A program made the position numbers and the translations under genes. From IMG/VR virus record IMGVR_UViG_3300021376_000006: a stretch of 64,000 nt of DNA; one strand, 5' to 3'. Position 1 is the first letter of the stretch, and every line of letters begins with the position of its first letter. Below are positions 59,101 through 64,000 of the stretch, one piece after another. The notes under the pieces are model-generated. The model was given only the letters and a program-made list of their open reading frames with translations. It made no database searches and was not told where the DNA came from. Source of the stretch: a virus (taxonomy: Duplodnaviria > Caudoviricetes).

Positions 59101-60280
59101 GCATACCAGGTACAGGCTCACCCGGTTTTGGCATCCTTGATGCTAATGCAGCCAAGTCATCATCTGCTTTGCTGAAATATTTCTTTAATCTTTTACCAGC
59201 ACCTCTGAACAATTTTCCACCCGGAAGCATTGTGGCTCCCATTACTGCTGCCATTGGAAGGTCTCTGTCTTTTACTGATTGCACAAATTCTTCGGCGCCT
59301 GGAGAAATCATGCTGCCTACAAATTCTCCTCCGGGCGTTTTCACAAATGGAATATCTGCCGCAGGTGTTGATCGTCTAGGAACTGGCATGGGCTGCATCA
59401 TTTGTTTGGTTTTTGACTGAGTTTGTTCGGCCAGGCGAGCACGTAGATCTTGTTCAATTTCTTCCAAGGTGCGAGAGTTTTTGTTTTCTTTCATGGCTTT
59501 ATTTCTGTCTTTCTTGGCTCGCCGGTCAAGCACCTCTTGACTTTGTTTGATATTTTGTTCTCTTGCTTGCTGCTCTTGATCGCTTTTTTGTAAACCTGTA
59601 TCAAATTTCTTTAACCATTCGGCACGCTCTTTTTCAGCCGAGACAGGGTCTGACAACATTTCAAAACCTTTGAGCCCAACTCCTGCGCCAATTAAACCGC
59701 CTCCGGCCACAGTTCCTGCTATTTTTGTTTTTGTCAACCCTGGTACAGCGCGGACAAGATCACCAATGGTGGCTGGTTGGGCAGTGCCTTGGGCTAGTGC
59801 TTGTTGTACAAGTCTTTCTTGTTGACTCTGTGACATAGGAGAGACAGCGGGTTTATCTACGGATTGCTGTTGTGATTTAAATCCTTGACCTGACAGAAAA
59901 GCTTCTGCTTGCTTTCGCGCATCTTGTACACTGGATTCACCGCGTCGCCATACCTTTGGTGCTGGTTTAACTACGCCCATCTCCTGGCCTGTTTTAATGT
60001 CAACTTTAGGCTTCAACGGTTTTGGTAATATCTGGCTTCGTTCTTTACCAGGTACTCGCCAGACTCGAGGACCACCACGACTAGCACCGCCTATACCAAT
60101 GTCAATATTAAAAGGACCGCCAGTTTCTTTACTACCAATATTTAGTGGATCGTACGGATTCCTGAAAGGCAGATATTGACTTTCATCAGGAATGCCGTCA
60201 TTGTCTAGATCTTTTGATCCAGCCTCCGCTAACTTGCTGCGGAGACTTTCCTCAATTTGTTGACAACTGCGTTTAGCCAT
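56150..60280 (-). CDS. Large probable virion protein with lambda-type lytic transglycosylase, SGNH-like domain and permuted LysM
   Basis: LISRAEG..YD..VGG...HP...AAGRYQ...DFSPESQD; GDSQ/G/GGGND/H; NRIRAGDTI..YTIKAGDTLDRIA. Confidence 0.8.
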   Translation of the reverse strand: MAKRSCQQIEESLRSKLAEAGSKDLDNDGIPDESQYLPFRNPYDPLNIGSKETGGPFNIDIGIGGASRGGPRVWRVPGKERSQILPKPLKPKVDIKTGQEMGVVKPAPKVWRRGESSVQDARKQAEAFLSGQGFKSQQQSVDKPAVSPMSQSQQERLVQQALAQGTAQPATIGDLVRAVPGLTKTKIAGTVAGGGLIGAGVGLKGFEMLSDPVSAEKERAEWLKKFDTGLQKSDQEQQAREQNIKQSQEVLDRRAKKDRNKAMKENKNSRTLEEIEQDLRARLAEQTQSKTKQMMQPMPVPRRSTPAADIPFVKTPGGEFVGSMISPGAEEFVQSVKDRDLPMAAVMGATMLPGGKLFRGAGKRLKKYFSKADDDLAALASRMPKPGEPVPGMPGQYYTGEITAAGKPKTTSVAPKQPEPTVKPTVKAEPEAPAATTSTQPIPKKPFLQSQEKYLQSLSKDELERLALIKGLAPEKMSLGTKALIGGAAVGLPYLAYKSGVPQMWYKQFQKDPVQAITNPIDVTTQQAGEEFQNWITEPTPGSTLPPETSKKNQKNEAIDQLQLQEKQQLDYDALIRNPNVRVMLDLISRAEGNTNYDTLVGGGRFKDFSSHPKTVVKIKSKDQTITSDAAGRYQIMGRNWEPYSKRLGLTDFSPESQDKIAVAMLADRGALNSVLDGNFEKAIKQTKSQWTSLPASDVVQGYGPRSWKWVDANLAAIKKDYGIEDTPTQVAQADKSAVTKQPAAKAELKPGYYAVGDSQAVGVAGYGGKDWNRTFARTGASILDPKQFETHLANIERIPKGSVVAISGGGNDINSAKPEVIANQLNKLIAAAQARELQVIHLLPTSTDNPRTQQTREALRQAMINNQTLAPIMDLGQASKKDPMNLHLDRKEYQRIANNITLMLPIGSATATKTTKNQPPAAPVAKKTEPETFVDKLGRVASGELVSQVFGDKKKPVAQPSAQVTTQDKQQSKDKQVTKDSEPSWVEKLYGIPQARERIQARKAEIEKREQKRKEQEKKAQPRTVQSVSGTSEYPDQPAVAPSTDQAPKKATATTTSGTGLQGTEDKTLKREREKRELARQKNLPMQPPSLDPELDPKGWEEYSDYMEKRQIASGDQYSREREARLAREKKAAEKSVDKDVSSLLQKDQAGLKTAYKGSAGAQAIMQQNPDIIKDVNRIRAGDTIKVNGQDYTIKAGDTLDRIARKMKTSAPSAVSASPSLGQGEELIDLPAVTSTSATDRFTTSKPELEPPKPSEIQTALKDFKREQDTSNKDNAASGALFTASDKELAKEQLFRNLGINDTDDSDEDPIERIIRQSASTNANPEYSTTDGSDEDPIERIIRQSVDKDAELKESINKQTLAELHDILRLAGRTK
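56251..56371. repeat. 40-bp imperfect direct repeat, period 81 (TD(D/G)SDEDPIERIIRQS twice)
   Basis: Visible at both DNA and protein level. Confidence 0.85.
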
Positions 60281-60282
60281 GT

Positions 60283-61731
60283 TTAGTCTTTGGGTTTCTT
60301 AAAGCTGAATTTTGCTCCGCCACCGGTGCCTTTGGGACGACCTTTTTTCTTAGCTACTGGTTGTCCTTCGCCGTCGGTCTCTTCGTCATCGTCCCGCTGT
60401 GCAGAACCACCATAGCGTGTGCCGGCCTTCTTACCAGCACCGCCTTTTGATTCAGGTCCGCGTTTTTTCTCGAGATACTTCTGCATCTCGTCCCAACCTT
60501 CACGCATGGATTTTTTGCCTTCACGCATGGATCTCTGCATCATTGCTTTAGGGTCAAGTTCTGCCCCCATCTGCATGTCTCTAGTATCAGAAACTCCTCC
60601 ACCACCGGATCCACCACCGCCACCGCCGCCTCCACCTGCTGGCCTTGAACTTTTGTATAGTGGGTCTCCTAATGCATCTTTAGCAGTATTTGGAAGGCCA
60701 AGTGTACCTGCTACTCTTTGCATCATGGAAGGAGGAGTTGGGTTACCTCTCACCACTTCGCCGCCCGATCTGATTACATCACCTCTGGCATTTCGACCTT
60801 GATAATTTCTAGCATTATCATATCGTTCATTTTCTCTTCTGGCAGCAGCATCTCTTTCTTCACCGGTTTCTTCCTGTACAGGATAACTTTTACCACCAAC
60901 TTTAAAGCTGTTCTTGCCAGCATCACGAGCTGCATCTAATGCGCCACTGAATGCATTACCTTCGGCTTTTTTGTGTTTGCCAGCACGTAGTGCTTTGAGA
61001 TCGTTGGCGTCAATTTTGTCGGGATTGCCGGCCATACGTGCAATTTTTTGTTGCTTGGGACTCAGCATGTCCTCGTTGTAGTTGCCTTCGTCCATCTTGT
61101 CATGCTTGGCACGAAGTAAAGCCATTTTTTCTTTGCTGGCGCCTTCACGGCCTGCCTTCTGCAATGCCCGCATGCCTTGCTCGCCGTATTTCTTTTTGCC
61201 TAGGTAAGCTTGCAGGCCGCTTTCGTCAACCGCTTTGGTTTTGGGCTTGTCAGCAGGCTTGGATCTATTGTCAACTGGAGGCAGTTCGGGACCGGGTATT
61301 TCTTGTCTTTGCACTTTTTGATCTTTATTTCCATCAGGCTTGGTGTATCTATCTTCAATTGGAGGCAGTTCGCGACCTGGCATTTCTTGTCTTTTCACTT
61401 TTGATGCTTCGTGTTTATTGATACGCCCTTGTTCTTCTTTATATCCGCCTGGGCCATCAATTACACTGATAGGAATTTCTTTTCTTTCCTCGGACATCTT
61501 CTTCTTAAAACCCATGTACTTTTCGTTCAATTGCCGTTCAACCTGAGCAACTGCTTCAGCAATGGCACCTTTGTCTTTTTCTTTCGCAGCTTTTTTCATT
61601 GGCTCTTTCTTGTTGCCATCCCGGTCAAGGTCGGCAAAATCAGGCTTGGCTTTTTTGCCTTCTGTCAATGTTTGCTTGGGTGCTTCTAGGCCGGCCATCT
61701 TTTTCAAGATGTCGTAGATATTGTTGCTCAT
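60283..61731 (-). CDS. Probable internal head protein
   Basis: DFADLDRDGNKKEPMKKAA, KIDANDLKALR, internal peptide duplication, Gly run. Confidence 0.55.
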   Translation of the reverse strand: MSNNIYDILKKMAGLEAPKQTLTEGKKAKPDFADLDRDGNKKEPMKKAAKEKDKGAIAEAVAQVERQLNEKYMGFKKKMSEERKEIPISVIDGPGGYKEEQGRINKHEASKVKRQEMPGRELPPIEDRYTKPDGNKDQKVQRQEIPGPELPPVDNRSKPADKPKTKAVDESGLQAYLGKKKYGEQGMRALQKAGREGASKEKMALLRAKHDKMDEGNYNEDMLSPKQQKIARMAGNPDKIDANDLKALRAGKHKKAEGNAFSGALDAARDAGKNSFKVGGKSYPVQEETGEERDAAARRENERYDNARNYQGRNARGDVIRSGGEVVRGNPTPPSMMQRVAGTLGLPNTAKDALGDPLYKSSRPAGGGGGGGGGSGGGGVSDTRDMQMGAELDPKAMMQRSMREGKKSMREGWDEMQKYLEKKRGPESKGGAGKKAGTRYGGSAQRDDDEETDGEGQPVAKKKGRPKGTGGGAKFSFKKPKD

Positions 61732-62351
61732 TTGTTCTTTCCTTTAACTGGGGGTAATTTGTTTTGCTGACTGCCAATTGGGCTTTTGGTACCTTGAGGT
61801 AGTTGATTGGTTGTCTTTGCTGCGGGAGTTTTTTCCGTGGCACGAGTAGTGGTCAATTCTGGCTCGCCGGGTCCAGCAAGTACGACACTAGCCTCATCTA
61901 ATTCTTTTAACAAACTGTCTTTGCGTTTATCGCCTACTAGATCTTGCCCGCCTGGTACATCTTTTAGTTCGCCATCTAATAGCAAAGCACCGGTATGATC
62001 TTTTCCATAGGCTTCAGCATAGTCATTCTGATCTGCTTGTTGTTTACCGTACACACAAACCCATTCGGCCTGCATGCCGGTACGTTCTTTTAGTAGCTGT
62101 GCAATTTGTACCGTGGTAGTAGGATAAGCAACTGTGGCCTCAAATTGCCAACATTCGCATGCACCCCATTTGGGAAATTCTCTATGCTCTTGTACCGGCA
62201 TACTTTTTGGTGTGGTAATATCTACCAGTTCGTAAGCATCAAGAGCGTTCTTGATTTCTTCCATAACATCTTTGGGGTTATGTTTTGCTACTTTGATCCT
62301 GAAACTGTAGTTTGAGTTTCGTTCTGCTATATAATCGTGGAGACTTTTCAT
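61728..62351 (-). CDS. Probable head/virion protein
   Basis: N-terminus MKSLHDYIAE resembles the T4 capsid-targeting sequence; ATAAATA upstream. Confidence 0.55.
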   Translation of the reverse strand: MKSLHDYIAERNSNYSFRIKVAKHNPKDVMEEIKNALDAYELVDITTPKSMPVQEHREFPKWGACECWQFEATVAYPTTTVQIAQLLKERTGMQAEWVCVYGKQQADQNDYAEAYGKDHTGALLLDGELKDVPGGQDLVGDKRKDSLLKELDEASVVLAGPGEPELTTTRATEKTPAAKTTNQLPQGTKSPIGSQQNKLPPVKGKNK

Positions 62352-62376
62352 AGGTAAAATCCTGTTTATAGAGTAT

Positions 62377-62871
62377 TTATGTGTTTTTGTTCTTTTGGAG
62401 AATCTGTGCTAGCAACTGATTTCTATCCAACACCACACCTTGTCCAGTGACTGGTTGATCGTCTGGATTGTCCTTAGATATCTGATGATCCAGTCTGGCC
62501 TTCTGGAGCTGTAATTGCACCATACGGAGCTTTTTATCCATTTTGGCCGTTTTAGCTGTAATAGCGTGACCCAGTAAAGTACCTGCTGTTTGAAACACTA
62601 CTCCCCCAAATCTTGGATCCATATTCATGCCCAGTTCCATAAGATCTTCGAATTTATCCTTGGCAAGATTGGCTAACTCGTCCATTTCCTGGTCGCTAGC
62701 TTCTAAATCTCGTACGGTAGGTAAAGCCAAGTCAATTTTGTCTATTGCTTCGTCTACTTTGGTAATGGCATCTTTATTTTCAGCTATGGTTCTAAGTGCC
62801 TCATTGGTTTCTGCGCCGGGATTAAAACCTGCATTGGGCAGATCAAAAAGTTCTGATAGTTTTTTTGTCAT
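62377..62871 (-). CDS. Possible terminase small subunit (gp16-like)
   Basis: Helical core, C-terminal GVVLDRNQLL; lies next to the gp4-like gene. Confidence 0.45.
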   Translation of the reverse strand: MTKKLSELFDLPNAGFNPGAETNEALRTIAENKDAITKVDEAIDKIDLALPTVRDLEASDQEMDELANLAKDKFEDLMELGMNMDPRFGGVVFQTAGTLLGHAITAKTAKMDKKLRMVQLQLQKARLDHQISKDNPDDQPVTGQGVVLDRNQLLAQILQKNKNT

Positions 62872-62879
62872 GCTCGTAT

Positions 62880-63320
62880 TTACCGAGCAGGTTTGCCTTG
62901 ATGAAACATGTCAGATTCAGTTACAACTCTGAATCTTAGTCCTTGATCTCGTGCCCAAGTATTAGCTGCTTGCCACTTAAACATGTTAAGCACGGCTGCT
63001 GCTTGATCTCTAGGACTTGAACCAGCTGCCTCTAGGGTGGTTTGTTTACCTGGTTTAATTTCAATCAACTCGCCTATGCGTTCACCAGCTTTGTTTTGAT
63101 ATATTATTAGAAAATCTGGAACATATATTGTGTTACGATTGGTGAAAGGATTACGGTAAGGAATATGTACTGCTTCACTGGCCCATTGTAACACCGCAGG
63201 GTTATTGTCGCAGAACCTCATAAAGCTGTGTTCCCAACTGCTTCTATAATGCGGTGTTTTTTTGCCCACATACTTGTCAGGATTGAGTACCTGATAAAAA
63301 CCGTTAGCAAATTTACCCAT
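62880..63320 (-). CDS. Head completion nuclease, T4 gp4-like (TnsA fold)
   Basis: KYVG, YRSSWE, WASE..IPY, YVPDF, IEIKP. Confidence 0.88.
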   Translation of the reverse strand: MGKFANGFYQVLNPDKYVGKKTPHYRSSWEHSFMRFCDNNPAVLQWASEAVHIPYRNPFTNRNTIYVPDFLIIYQNKAGERIGELIEIKPGKQTTLEAAGSSPRDQAAAVLNMFKWQAANTWARDQGLRFRVVTESDMFHQGKPAR

Positions 63321-63724
63321 TATGGTAAGATACACCTTGTGACATATTTGTTTTGCAAAGGTCTATTTTTTAAACCAAGGAAACTTGTGCCTACCCGTTC
63401 AAAATTTAAAAACAATGCTGTGTAGGCATTAAGGTCGCCAGCAGGAATTCTCCTAAACTCATCCAAGGCACTCATGGGATTAATACCTTGTTTGATTGCG
63501 GTATAGATTACTGCGCTGGCTAGTGCTCTAGCTGATTCTTTGTTGTCAGCCACTTGTTCAAAGTAGGCCACAACGGCTGCATCAACATTACTGCTTACTT
63601 CAATTGGAAAATTAAAAAAATTATTAAAAAATTTATCCGGGTCAGGAGGATTAATCGCGTTGGTATTGATCCTGTTGACGTTTGTAGGATAAGGAGTATC
63701 TGGATATCGTGTCTGAACTGTCAT
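63320..63724 (-). CDS. Hypothetical protein
   Basis: Intact ORF with AAGGA RBS. Confidence 0.65.
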   Translation of the reverse strand: MTVQTRYPDTPYPTNVNRINTNAINPPDPDKFFNNFFNFPIEVSSNVDAAVVAYFEQVADNKESARALASAVIYTAIKQGINPMSALDEFRRIPAGDLNAYTALFLNFERVGTSFLGLKNRPLQNKYVTRCILP

Positions 63725-63768
63725 TTATGTGTCCTTTGCTATATTTTTTGGATAGGTTGTTTGTACCA

Positions 63769-64000
63769 TTAATAGTATCCACCACCGCCACCACCGCCAC
63801 CATACCCACCTCCACCGCCACCAGATCCACCTCCAGATCCACCACCTCCAGATCCACCACCTCCAGATCCTCCACCACCTGATCCACCTCCACCACTTGA
63901 CACACCACCAATAACTACTATGGTATTACCCATGCCGTTGCCATGTACTGTACAAAAATATCTTAAACTGCTTGGAGTGTTATACCGTATATCGATCACT
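63769..64000 (-). CDS. 3' end of a structural protein truncated by the window edge, with Gly-rich tail
   Basis: YFCTVHGNGMG motif like that of the fibre at 3316-5700; (GGGGS)n...GGYY end. Confidence 0.7.
   Translation of the reverse strand, partial: VIDIRYNTPSSLRYFCTVHGNGMGNTIVVIGGVSSGGGGSGGGGSGGGGSGGGGSGGGSGGGGGGYGGGGGGGGYY
63778..63895. repeat. 15-bp (GGGGS) tandem repeat
   Basis: CCACCACCTCCAGAT-type units. Confidence 0.9.

Noticed and set aside
55503-61689. Many plus-strand ORFs of 60-180 aa antisense to head-protein genes
   Set aside because: Shadow ORFs of long low-complexity genes; no RBS or recognisable motifs
1-64000. Stop-codon reassignment, tRNA genes, CRISPR arrays
   Set aside because: Standard-code ORFs tile the window densely; no cloverleaf or regularly spaced repeat-spacer pattern seen by eye

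Overview
A 64-kb segment of a large, distantly T4-like tailed phage genome in the standard genetic code, mostly on the minus strand. No tRNA, rRNA, CRISPR array or integrase was seen. Core genes: gp41-like helicase, gp61-like primase, gp62-like clamp loader, UvsW, UvsY, UvsX/RecA, gp32 SSB, TerL, probable TerS and gp4 head-completion nuclease, plus a block of probable head/internal proteins (48-62 kb). Accessory content: a fatty acid desaturase; a full-length serine-glyoxylate aminotransferase (SgaA-like) with its own consensus sigma70 promoter; and a ~23-kb glycan island (17.3-40.3 kb) with part of the ADP-heptose pathway, GT9/GT17/GT34-like transferases and a plus-strand RfbH/NeuB/ThDP-enzyme/reductase cassette resembling branched 3,6-dideoxyhexose (yersiniose-type) synthesis. 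Most unusual observations: (1) a 208-aa miniature DnaE-like protein that keeps the catalytic aspartates; (2) a separately promoted ParB/DUF262-like plus HNH gene pair resembling a split GmrSD; (3) a 1376-aa probable virion protein fusing a lambda-type lytic transglycosylase, an SGNH esterase-like domain and a permuted LysM; (4) short motifs shared among predicted head proteins. All product calls come from motif recognition by eye; no database searches were run.
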